Origin: a virus
Lineage: Duplodnaviria; Caudoviricetes
DNA: 35,637 nt
IMG/VR virus record: IMGVR_UViG_3300025168_000276
Coordinates: 1-35,637 of that record
Direction: 5' to 3' (one strand)
Below, piece after piece: positions 17,401-24,648 of this stretch. The notes under the pieces are model-generated. The model saw nothing but the letters and a program-made list of their open reading frames with translations. It was not told the origin of the DNA and searched no databases. Made by a program: the position numbers and the translations under genes. How positions within the stretch are numbered: the stretch's first letter is position 1; the number at the start of each line of letters is the position of its first letter.

Positions 17401-20400
17401 CGCCACGCAAATCGCGCTTCATAATTCTGACAACGCTGTCGAGATTATGGGGGAGATACTTACGGCCAAAATCCGTAATTTTATCTAAGATGCGCTCTTT
17501 TGTAATTAGGGAGCCGTAAGTGTCCTCGACGAATTGATCGAACTCGCCTTCTCTTCCTTCGATGGCCTGTTCGGTTAATCCGACACTTTGTTGAACGCCG
17601 ATTGATCGCAAGAAGGCTTGTTGTATAGGGCGTTCGCCTTTTAAAAACTTTGTGCCGGTATCAGATAATGTCTCTTGCAACCACCCAGGTCGATACGCAC
17701 CCTCGCCTATCTCTTCTGCGAGAGCGTCGAGCTCTACCTGAGCCGCATCCGCGGCATCACGATCGACGGTCCGCTCAATATCACCGGTCGGATAGCGCGG
17801 CGAATAAACGTCTGCATCGAACACTCGGTTCCGTCGCGATGCCCGTGGATCGACCATCGAGGGCGCAGCGACCAGCTGGATGTTTCCGAAATTTGTGAAT
17901 TCCTGTTTCGCGTCAATGATTGCGAGGGACGGCACCGGCAAGCCGCCCATCTTCACGGCGTGTCGGAGCTTCTCTTCAGAGATGTTATGGACAACGGCAA
18001 GCGGTTTACCGGTCCCGTCGGTGATTGTCTGGTGTAGGATATTAACATCCGACGTGTCGAAGGTGCCGCGATTAAATTGAGATTTTATTTGAGTTGGTTC
18101 GAAAGCAACAAAAACGTCGGCGGGTTCTAACTCAGCTGAAATTAATCCTATGCCATCGCTCGTCGGGCTGGACATACTTTTCAATATCGCGCCGTCATAA
18201 CCTTGGCTTTTTGCGTTACGCAACTGCCCCGCAATTAAGTCTAAATCAATGTCATCCCTTTTGGTTTTTGAGAGATCGATCACTAGCGGATTCTGTATTG
18301 ACAGAAAAACCGGCATAATGTTCGGCTGCATACTTTCCTTTTCGATTAAATACTCCGCTGCATTTTTAACGCGCCCTCTGCCGCTATCTGCATAATCTTT
18401 GCTCATAAATGCAGCTATTACGCTCATCGGCTGCGGACCAGCGTAAGCGCCGGCAGTTGCCGGGTTGTTGGCGAAGAAAAATCCTTCCTTTTCAACAGTT
18501 GGGGTTTTAAACGTCTTACCCAGTTCCTTCGGGTCAAACGCATCAAAATCGAAATTTGTCCCATGATAAACAACAAGCGGCTCGCCGTTTTCATCGACAA
18601 CCTTGCTATCCCCAAACCAGTTTTTAAATGCTTCGCTACCCGTATCAGTTTGCTCAAACTGCCTAGCGTCACCCACCGCCGCATCAACCGCAGCGCGGAT
18701 TTCTTGTGGTGAGGATTCAGCCGTTAACCCAGCAGCATCCATAATGCGGCTAATTTCCGTTGTGCCGCCCTCGTATTCAACGATCTGCCCTTGCTCTGCA
18801 AGCGATCGATACGGCGTACCGCCAACCTCTGCTTCAACCGCGTCCACGACCAAATCAGGATTGACGTATCCGGTTTCGGTTGCTGGCTCTGCATCAAGAA
18901 ACCCTAGCTCTTCTTGAATTAAGGTGTCGGCATCTTTGATGCCATCTTTTTTAAATAATCGCGGATTTGTTTTGGGCGTTATGCCTCGCGCTGCTAGTTC
19001 CCCAGCAAAACGGCCAGCAGGATCGACGCCACCCTGCCGCACCAGAGTATCGATCATCGGCGTTTTTGCGAGCTTGAGAAACTGGTCAGCTGGCACACCG
19101 CCTCTGAACCTATCAATCGCCAAATCTATCGCATCGAAGCCCGGCATTTGTTCACTTGGCCCAACCATCCGCACATTGTCCCGGCGCCACATTTCAAGCG
19201 GAGACATGCCGCTCCGCTCGCTGCGGGTCGCGTACTTCTCACCCAGAAAAATGCCTAAAAATTGCGCTTCATTATCAGAACGCCCAGAAGCTCTGACTTG
19301 GGCTTCAACCTCTTGCCGGATCGTGTTTATGGCTACTTGTTTATCGACATCGAAACTTTCAAACTCTTCATTAAATTTTGTTATCTCTTCAGTTATATAA
19401 TTTTCTTCATAATTTTTTGCTTCGGCGCCCGTCATTCCACCTTCGTCAAATCGCACATCATCAGCGATTTTGTCGTAGGATTCTCGACCTATAAGATGCG
19501 CGTACCCATCAGCATCAAGCCTAATTTCCGCACCTAATTCGAGCGCCTCTTGAAGACCTTCTTCCGTCAATCCAAGTGAAGCAGCAAAATCAGGGTCGCC
19601 TTCATCTTGCATATATTGCGTGAACTTCTCCGCATCGATTGTGACTTTGTCCACGCTATTTTCGCGCAGAACATCCGCCCTATGCTCTTCAGCCACATCT
19701 TTTGAACGCTCTGCCAGCTTGCTGTTTTTTGCCAGTTCATTGGCTTGCCGTGAGAGTTCTACTTTACTTTTGGCGGTTCTAGCATTTCGCGCATCGCGAA
19801 TAGCGCGGCCACCTAGCATTGAAACTTCTACAGGCATTGTCGCAAATTCAGCCATAGCCTCTAAAACAACCTCACCCCAATTTTCTACTTTCCCTTGCGT
19901 TTTTAATTGAGCGAGTGCCTCACCGCCGCCGCCAAGAGCCGGTTGAGCAACAGTGTTAACCAAAAAAGTACGCAAAACGCTGCCATAATATTGACTAGCG
20001 ACACCTCCAGAAATTGCGTCCATAGCGCCTATTATTACAGCACGATCTAGCCCGTACCTTTGTGCTTCAGACATAATGTCTGGATCATTAATAATCTTTC
20101 TAATATCTTCTGGCTTTCCTAAATCGTACCCTCTTTTTCCAAAATATTCGGCTGGAGAGACGAATCTTTCAACTAGACCGCTTTGCACTCCTAACATAGC
20201 TGAACCAGCCGCAGGGCCAGCAATTGCGGTCGTTATTCCAGATAACGCTAATTGAGGCGCAAATTCTCCGGCTATTTCCAGCGCCAAAGCTAACGACTTT
20301 CCAGGGCTCCTAAGTGCCACTTCAATCGCTGGCAATGGACTGTCTTTTCCAGCCTTCACAATTGCTTCTAAATGATCCTTCTGTGCCATTCCGTATTCGG

Positions 20401-21133
20401 TTTCAGAAAGTGTGAGCAAGTCTTGCACTTTGCCCAACCTATAAGATGCCGCGTCCGAAGCATCTTTAGATGAAAATATTCGAGAAGTTGCAAACCGTTC
20501 AGCGGCGAAAAGAACATCAACCGGGTTATAAACTCCTACTGTAGAAGTCGCTACCTGTGGAGACTCTGTACGCAAAATATCCATAAAAGTGCGCTTAGAA
20601 TCTGATGCTTGTTCGGCAGATTGCTCCCCAATATATTGTTGATACATCTGACCAATTCGAATACCCCCACGCGCCACCGACCGACCGCCATATGTATACA
20701 AACTTTCAAACGCACTTAACTCTTCCGCAGAGTCTCCCGCTATTTTTACGTTTTTTTCTTTGTTAAAAAAACGCGCCGTTGCTGGGTTTTTGTCAACAAT
20801 TCGATCAAATGCATTTTTTTGTTCAGCTTGTTTGTAAGGCTTTAGGTCTTCATAGACATCATCGGCATTTGACCCAGGCAACCTGTCGGCAGTTCTTTGC
20901 GCTTCGGCATATTTATCAGGATCAATTTCTGGTACTAAATTTTTAATGTCTTTCGCAACACGTTCTGCGCTTTCCGAAATAGACGGAATTAAGTCAAACG
21001 GATTAACAGACGGCGTTTTGCTTTGTGTTGGCGTTTCTAGTTCTTGCTCCAAAACAGGCGCCGGTGACGGCTCTGGCATTGGCTCTTTTTTCTCATCATC
21101 ATCAACTTTAACTGGCACGGTGAGTTCAACCAT
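11465..21133 (-). CDS. Giant polyvalent ejection (internal virion) protein: ART-PolyVal-like, second ART-like, HhH-glycosylase-like and zincin domains
   Basis: About 3222 aa from ATG at 21133 (track start GTG 21142); position of T7 gp16-type genes; motifs FKNWFGDSKVVDENGEPLVVYHGT...GYDG, FLHENGH...HEQYARGFE. Confidence 0.88.
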   Translation of the reverse strand: MVELTVPVKVDDDEKKEPMPEPSPAPVLEQELETPTQSKTPSVNPFDLIPSISESAERVAKDIKNLVPEIDPDKYAEAQRTADRLPGSNADDVYEDLKPYKQAEQKNAFDRIVDKNPATARFFNKEKNVKIAGDSAEELSAFESLYTYGGRSVARGGIRIGQMYQQYIGEQSAEQASDSKRTFMDILRTESPQVATSTVGVYNPVDVLFAAERFATSRIFSSKDASDAASYRLGKVQDLLTLSETEYGMAQKDHLEAIVKAGKDSPLPAIEVALRSPGKSLALALEIAGEFAPQLALSGITTAIAGPAAGSAMLGVQSGLVERFVSPAEYFGKRGYDLGKPEDIRKIINDPDIMSEAQRYGLDRAVIIGAMDAISGGVASQYYGSVLRTFLVNTVAQPALGGGGEALAQLKTQGKVENWGEVVLEAMAEFATMPVEVSMLGGRAIRDARNARTAKSKVELSRQANELAKNSKLAERSKDVAEEHRADVLRENSVDKVTIDAEKFTQYMQDEGDPDFAASLGLTEEGLQEALELGAEIRLDADGYAHLIGRESYDKIADDVRFDEGGMTGAEAKNYEENYITEEITKFNEEFESFDVDKQVAINTIRQEVEAQVRASGRSDNEAQFLGIFLGEKYATRSERSGMSPLEMWRRDNVRMVGPSEQMPGFDAIDLAIDRFRGGVPADQFLKLAKTPMIDTLVRQGGVDPAGRFAGELAARGITPKTNPRLFKKDGIKDADTLIQEELGFLDAEPATETGYVNPDLVVDAVEAEVGGTPYRSLAEQGQIVEYEGGTTEISRIMDAAGLTAESSPQEIRAAVDAAVGDARQFEQTDTGSEAFKNWFGDSKVVDENGEPLVVYHGTNFDFDAFDPKELGKTFKTPTVEKEGFFFANNPATAGAYAGPQPMSVIAAFMSKDYADSGRGRVKNAAEYLIEKESMQPNIMPVFLSIQNPLVIDLSKTKRDDIDLDLIAGQLRNAKSQGYDGAILKSMSSPTSDGIGLISAELEPADVFVAFEPTQIKSQFNRGTFDTSDVNILHQTITDGTGKPLAVVHNISEEKLRHAVKMGGLPVPSLAIIDAKQEFTNFGNIQLVAAPSMVDPRASRRNRVFDADVYSPRYPTGDIERTVDRDAADAAQVELDALAEEIGEGAYRPGWLQETLSDTGTKFLKGERPIQQAFLRSIGVQQSVGLTEQAIEGREGEFDQFVEDTYGSLITKERILDKITDFGRKYLPHNLDSVVRIMKRDLRGGERFSYGVGNIRAQTAKEFRSLRDIKDARDRIVTEADMKAFKDDTDDAFGELAQELTAFYSGDPNSFGYLSTVVEMISDFARRGESAVEDNGFANVSDEAKQKIVNFLANLRQAPTEYFEAKIQRAVSIDEFQGAIVEPETPQDIRDLLEGAGLRVVEAFGKKSEALQEFFPRVLFQSTGLRAGTEDLTAYGIEPDKRYKVRDIALALEARQRDKFGTVERNDRSDAASDKLSNWMANEVEFEYQNNPEESGVGWYSEKYQAALDKLGQFFPEFVSEADFNPDNLPGITVLENTKNSRDFFTALLAITSDGQRVADNFRIAQEIYSEFRETGKLPVGDTKGARRVASVAQNIENLQTALDKYGPAKMHERLLRQLTVGEMNAELRAEGKAVIGGYTVDMVMPYSALIFGSKLGAFYANLMGASGYLTMDLWYTRTFNRYRGNMLPPVSGLNNALDKNGKPMGLARFKSLYVKDKKINKPWQEITDDEALAHLGEYQAIAKAKGFKNTTAIEKAANTLHKAAFTALQEQPYNPSDRKFMVTAVQKAQDKLRERGIDATIADIQAILWYYEKRLYGELTGAKPSDISYAEAVESLIRDTGREAGQGAESIVIEGPDGNLFEVVGQRGLESDFSDPSYLAREFQQPSRGSIELRAHETVIRLGKKADASTFLHENGHLFLEQLKSDAKEFGTKQLVDDWNITRNWWGSNSESIRSEAIRYAKKKGDSESAAALDKMSEGDVRAYVRSGDLTGGKEYKGKGGSTTAMQYLTEAMHEQYARGFEDYLRTGQAPSVQLQGAFNRFRAWLVSIYTAIQRRLGRDILDVQYSPEVAGVMDRLLASDTDIELVREQYNLKALYDSAEEAGMTPKQFEVYQLQVARAVDQSKTRQLKKHLNEAEREQEDFWEAEGEQIAVGIRSELAQEPVYKALWTLTQKTLADGSLLPANFSIDRLNRKAVIEVLQSAKSLARLPKVKGKAIYATRTKESSVHPDVAAQMFGFQNSMEMLQQMAAARPFEEVVQERVDAQLKEKYGDMRNDGSAVEAAIDSVHIDETAEVLTAELNALRDSKDKMKPAFVRNWAQEKIGTRKVSELRPGEFLQAERRHAKEAGKLLRQGDRLGAQRAKFKQLMNFYMAKEAIKAREEIAKGRKYFSKFTKKRKNYKTLAADYVDQIKNILSNYQFGPRLSKDIKSWLDFAKMAEETDSAIFNIPQEIIDADGQTNYQDLTLDEFRTLRDAITSIEKQGREAKTVTVEGERLFIADAITEIMSGFETRPVTKRAVGNRRGYPSTIKGKWSEWKDKRVSNLVSIDAALAKVEFLAFQVDGERMGPFHKFFFQVFADSEVARNELVADVSKPIMDAFENMPRERRSLLGEKIYIPELDWYGRRSEFIMMALNTGNTSNRKKMIEGSVKDVYDSGALTEVVLDKILDNLSLEDWQLVQTVWDSFQKMYPQVEAVFRKENGRAPEKIEAVPFEREFNGKTYKFSGGYFPMIYDPKRSTKGMNIEQKTALEAMQTQMNQESVFSGMTKERAEGFSAPVDLDITAIHHKLEQTAHYITHYEAVRTTRKLLGQERLNKAIVQTMGAEYYQVLENWMGAVAANQAPQLRNETFGNVIKIFRSNATVAIMGFSFTTGLAQSLGLFTSADALAQGPGGKYNILIGSKWLIAGMFQYISNPAQSIRMIKELSGEMRYRILNTDRDASFALRRFAKTTQGQGMMMGGYKAFQRFSLMVIAGAQVLMVDYPTWLGAYNKGLAEGKAPGDAVNYADSIIRTSQTAGGIKDLSAVQMNEVMAPMLMFYSFFNVLYNIERQIVGDVKGISDVPQMAARVFIVMALPTIIENLYKDKWPDEDEDEDGKISGWDYAKWTTMKTVYFGASSVPLLRDVVGGAAVGFGYSLSPMDSLGDSLVRFTQQLSKAFDEDDPEMTAAQLKTVIEIVGFGAGLPVIQLNRAVKTGFKMEEGEDVDWYDWLIGYRDPDKSAFKN

Positions 21134-21134
21134 T

Positions 21135-23087
21135 TTAATCACCTGTGCCTGTTACAAAATAAGACCTTCCACGATCAAGATCGTTAACCATTCGTAATGC
21201 TATAATGTGCGCGTAAAAACGCTCTATTCCATTCTCTTCTATGTAATTTTTTGCTTTTTGAGTTAAGGTATTCGAGGCCGCTGCGTCTTCAACAAGTCTA
21301 ACAGTTTCGGTTCCTCCATCTGGGTTGTTTTTCTTATATTGCTCCCAGTCAACCTCTACCGCATTTTTTTGCTCTTCATCAAATTTACGATAATTAAGCA
21401 AAGCCCCTGGTGTTGGATTTTCTACGCTGCCAATATCAGTGGCAGAAAGTGGCGACAACCCATCATCCACATAAGCACCGATATATTGATTCCGTAAAAA
21501 CTTCGATATCTCTGGAAGGGTCGGCCATTGTTTTTGCGGATGGCTTTGCTGTTGCTCCGTAATCCAATCATCGACCATTTTTAGCGCGTCTTTGTATTCT
21601 TTTTGCTTTGTATTATTTGCATATTTCTTAGAGCCTACACGAACATTCTTCGGAGCAATACTAAGCAATGCTTTTCTACCCGTGTTGTATGCAGCATCTT
21701 TTGATGCATTAATCTGCATCTTATTTTTTGCACTACGAATTGTAGTTGGTATTTTGTTCCATTCTTCCTTAGTAAATTTATTTGAGGGAATTGCTTCGTC
21801 ATTAACTTTAAGTGTATTTCCTACCACTGTAGCCTTTGCCAAAACAGCGGGAGTAAGTTCCATAACTTTAGCGCCTGTGCCTGTAGGTTGCGGTGCATAC
21901 ATTATACCCTTTAATCTACTATTCTCAAACGACTGTAAATTTCTTATGTATCGAGGATCAGTAAAAAGAGGTTTTACAAGTGCTGCATTACCGCTCATCC
22001 ATTCGCTAAGAGACATGCCATCTGACATTGCCTTAACGGCTTTCTCCATAGAATCACTTATAGCCATTTTTTCACTTGCAACAATGCGATTCCGAACCTT
22101 GTCTAATGCTGCGACCGCTGCCTTCCGAACGTCACCCGGCAATGTTTTTAGTTTCTCGTATGCTGTTGTTAATTTTTTAGTGTCCAACAACCCGTCGGCT
22201 GTTAAAATGTTTTGATTTCCATTGCCCACCACCGCATCGACCGCGTTAAAGGCTTTTTGCGCCATAGCACCGCTACGCAACTGCTTTAATACTGTACCGG
22301 CTTTAAGCTCATCCAATTTGCCAGATTTTACCATTCTCTTAGCAAAGTCCTCGGCACCTTGAAAATCTTGTTCTCCTATAAGACGCTCAATTCGGCCAAC
22401 AACCATTTGAGAAATCTGTGCTTGAACCCCAGAAGCTATTGTCGCTGGGTCTGTAATCCCTTGCTGTTTTAACGAGCCTACAACCTCAGACTGAACAATC
22501 GCAGACGCGCCATTAAAAATTTTCTCATCTCCCAGTATTCCTGATTGTTGCGCCTCCATTAACCTCGCAGCCGAATGTATTTTTTGAGCATTATTCTTTT
22601 GACTAATATGAAATTTTGCCGACGCATTATAATTTTTCTCATACCCTGCAATAAAACTTTTGGACAACATCCGTTTAACAGAATCATTAGACGCCTTAGC
22701 CAAAACTTCGTCGTAATGCTTCTTCATTGCCCCTTGAAAATTGCCAGTAGCCGCAAGCGTTTCATCGTTTTTTGAATTATAATAACCAGTTTTTTGCGAG
22801 GCTGGATCATTAGGGTCTAGCTGACCGCCATAACTTTCTATGCGAATCCGCCGCATTGCTTCTGCGTCTAATTTTTTTGCCTCTGTTTGATTGTCTTTTT
22901 GTTGAATGTCGATAGCCACTCTCAACATCTGTTTGCTATCTTGTTCTAGGCGAACACCACTGCGCTCAGCCTTTTCGCCTTTAGCTGCGCCAAAAGTGTC
23001 AGGCGTGGCGGCCCGTGCAGTCTGGTAGGGGCTACCCATACCCCCAACCTTGGTTACCTTGCTAATATCAAATTGAGGCACACGCAT
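21135..23087 (-). CDS. Internal virion/ejection protein (T7 gp15-like position)
   Basis: 650-aa, apparently helical protein between the small and giant ejection genes; assigned mainly by synteny. Confidence 0.7.
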   Translation of the reverse strand: MRVPQFDISKVTKVGGMGSPYQTARAATPDTFGAAKGEKAERSGVRLEQDSKQMLRVAIDIQQKDNQTEAKKLDAEAMRRIRIESYGGQLDPNDPASQKTGYYNSKNDETLAATGNFQGAMKKHYDEVLAKASNDSVKRMLSKSFIAGYEKNYNASAKFHISQKNNAQKIHSAARLMEAQQSGILGDEKIFNGASAIVQSEVVGSLKQQGITDPATIASGVQAQISQMVVGRIERLIGEQDFQGAEDFAKRMVKSGKLDELKAGTVLKQLRSGAMAQKAFNAVDAVVGNGNQNILTADGLLDTKKLTTAYEKLKTLPGDVRKAAVAALDKVRNRIVASEKMAISDSMEKAVKAMSDGMSLSEWMSGNAALVKPLFTDPRYIRNLQSFENSRLKGIMYAPQPTGTGAKVMELTPAVLAKATVVGNTLKVNDEAIPSNKFTKEEWNKIPTTIRSAKNKMQINASKDAAYNTGRKALLSIAPKNVRVGSKKYANNTKQKEYKDALKMVDDWITEQQQSHPQKQWPTLPEISKFLRNQYIGAYVDDGLSPLSATDIGSVENPTPGALLNYRKFDEEQKNAVEVDWEQYKKNNPDGGTETVRLVEDAAASNTLTQKAKNYIEENGIERFYAHIIALRMVNDLDRGRSYFVTGTGD

Positions 23088-23090
23088 GAT

Positions 23091-23705
23091 TTAAGCCTTT
23101 CTAAAACTGTACCATTTTGAAGCAACTGACCCGAGCCCAGAAACCGCAGTTCCCAAAGCACCAGAGCCCGGCGCATTGGCTACGCGCAAATTTAATAATG
23201 CCGCCTCATTACCAAAATTCTGGGCACGGGATCGAAGCTGAAACGCTTCACGTTCCGCGTTCGCTTGGATACCAAGCGCATCAAGCTCTCCAAACTCCGC
23301 AGTATCGGCGAGCAAATCAAGCGATGAGTCCTCATCAACAATCACACCCATGCCGGCCTGGGCTGTTCTCTGCCGACCCTTTAGCTGCGCCGTTTGCAAT
23401 CGGCTCCGCTGCGCTGCAATCTTTCCCCGCTCAAGCGCATCTTGCGCCTGGAAGTTTGCAATCATCTGATTGTTACGCGCCACGCCGGCTTGATAATTGG
23501 CACTTGCTTGCATTGCTTGCGCTTGCTGCGCTTGGCCCTGCATCGACATGATTGTGCCAACGCCGCTTGATAATAAACTGCCAACTGCTAAAACATTGCC
23601 AAGCGATAGAGTTGAAGCGGTCGCCGCGCCGGCCGCCGCGCCCGTCCCTGCCGCTAAGGTAGTGCCGACCGCCGCCGTTGTCGCAGCTGTGGAAAACATA
23701 ACCAT
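23091..23705 (-). CDS. Small ejection protein (T7 gp14-like)
   Basis: Ala/Gly-rich hydrophobic N-terminus, Gln/Ala helix, GRQRTAQAGMGV...SSLDLLADT. Confidence 0.8.
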   Translation of the reverse strand: MVMFSTAATTAAVGTTLAAGTGAAAGAATASTLSLGNVLAVGSLLSSGVGTIMSMQGQAQQAQAMQASANYQAGVARNNQMIANFQAQDALERGKIAAQRSRLQTAQLKGRQRTAQAGMGVIVDEDSSLDLLADTAEFGELDALGIQANAEREAFQLRSRAQNFGNEAALLNLRVANAPGSGALGTAVSGLGSVASKWYSFRKA

Positions 23706-24181
23706 TAGTTAAGTACTCCTGCATAAGTGCTTTGCAACTGTGTTAGCCCCAGGCGTTGATAAATTTTTGGAATAGAGTCCGGGCTGTTTGGCAACGAATG
23801 AAATGTTGCAAAGGCCACATTCTCATTTTTAATATGATCACGAACCGCCAACAACAGCCCCACACCTACGCTCGGCGGCGCACCATCGTGTGACCACCAC
23901 GCCAGTTCATCGGCCATCATTCTCGAATAATCAAAAATGTAAGGCGTTACCAAAATACCGACGCCGCCAACGCACCGGCCTTCATGGTACGCTAAGAAAA
24001 CAACCACGCCCGGTAACTCCAACAAGCGATCGATAGCGAGGTTTAAATTGTTACGACCTTCTTCCGTTGAAACGTCAGGTAAAACATCAACTCGATCCGC
24101 GTGTTCCGCAAACGCCGCGCATCCCTCTTTAATGTCAACAATGTGTCGGCCATTATTAAAATCCGCTCGCATAATCCTCAT
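23705..24181 (-). CDS. GNAT-fold putative acetyltransferase
   Basis: VVFLAYHEGRCVGGVG...MADELAWWS...VGVGLL...IYQRLGL; ATGA overlap and GGAGG RBS. Confidence 0.75.
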   Translation of the reverse strand: MRIMRADFNNGRHIVDIKEGCAAFAEHADRVDVLPDVSTEEGRNNLNLAIDRLLELPGVVVFLAYHEGRCVGGVGILVTPYIFDYSRMMADELAWWSHDGAPPSVGVGLLLAVRDHIKNENVAFATFHSLPNSPDSIPKIYQRLGLTQLQSTYAGVLN

Positions 24182-24648
24182 GCATCCGCCCTCCAAAAAA
24201 ATCTCTGGAATAGCCTATTCTCCACACCCCATTTTTCGGCGTGACATAACTTAAAGCCTAAGAGCCGTAGCCATTTTAGCGCGGCTACGTTTCGGATATC
24301 CGCCCAATTTTCCAGATACGCAAAAGCCGTTTTCATTTGCACAATCACATCACGGCTTCCGACCAAAAACGTCACTGGATGCTTTTCCACCAGCCCAGTC
24401 GTCAGCAGCCAGGGCATGCCAGCGTTTGACATTGCATGTCGCCTAACTATTCCATACATGCACCCAACCTTGCCATCGACCGTGCCGACAAAACTCGCTT
24501 CAGATAATTTAAAGCTCATCATCGAGCCCGTTAATGGATCAACGCCGTGGCTTGCTCTAATCTCATCAATGTCCGCCTGTCGCATATTTTTAGACAGTTC
24601 GATCGCATGCGCTTCGGTTGCTGCTATAACTTTGAAGTCAGGCATCAT
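24178..24648 (-). CDS. T7 gp13-like (DUF2833-like) GNAT-fold protein
   Basis: NMRQADIDEI...PWLL...LENWADIRNVAALKWLRLLGF; ATG at 24648 overlaps the upstream stop. Confidence 0.8.
   Translation of the reverse strand: MMPDFKVIAATEAHAIELSKNMRQADIDEIRASHGVDPLTGSMMSFKLSEASFVGTVDGKVGCMYGIVRRHAMSNAGMPWLLTTGLVEKHPVTFLVGSRDVIVQMKTAFAYLENWADIRNVAALKWLRLLGFKLCHAEKWGVENRLFQRFFWRADA

Noticed and set aside
21592-22215. 207-aa plus-strand ORF and similar antisense ORFs (832..1347, 18924..19400, 32760..33305)
   Set aside because: Shadows of well-supported minus-strand genes, with no recognisable motifs.
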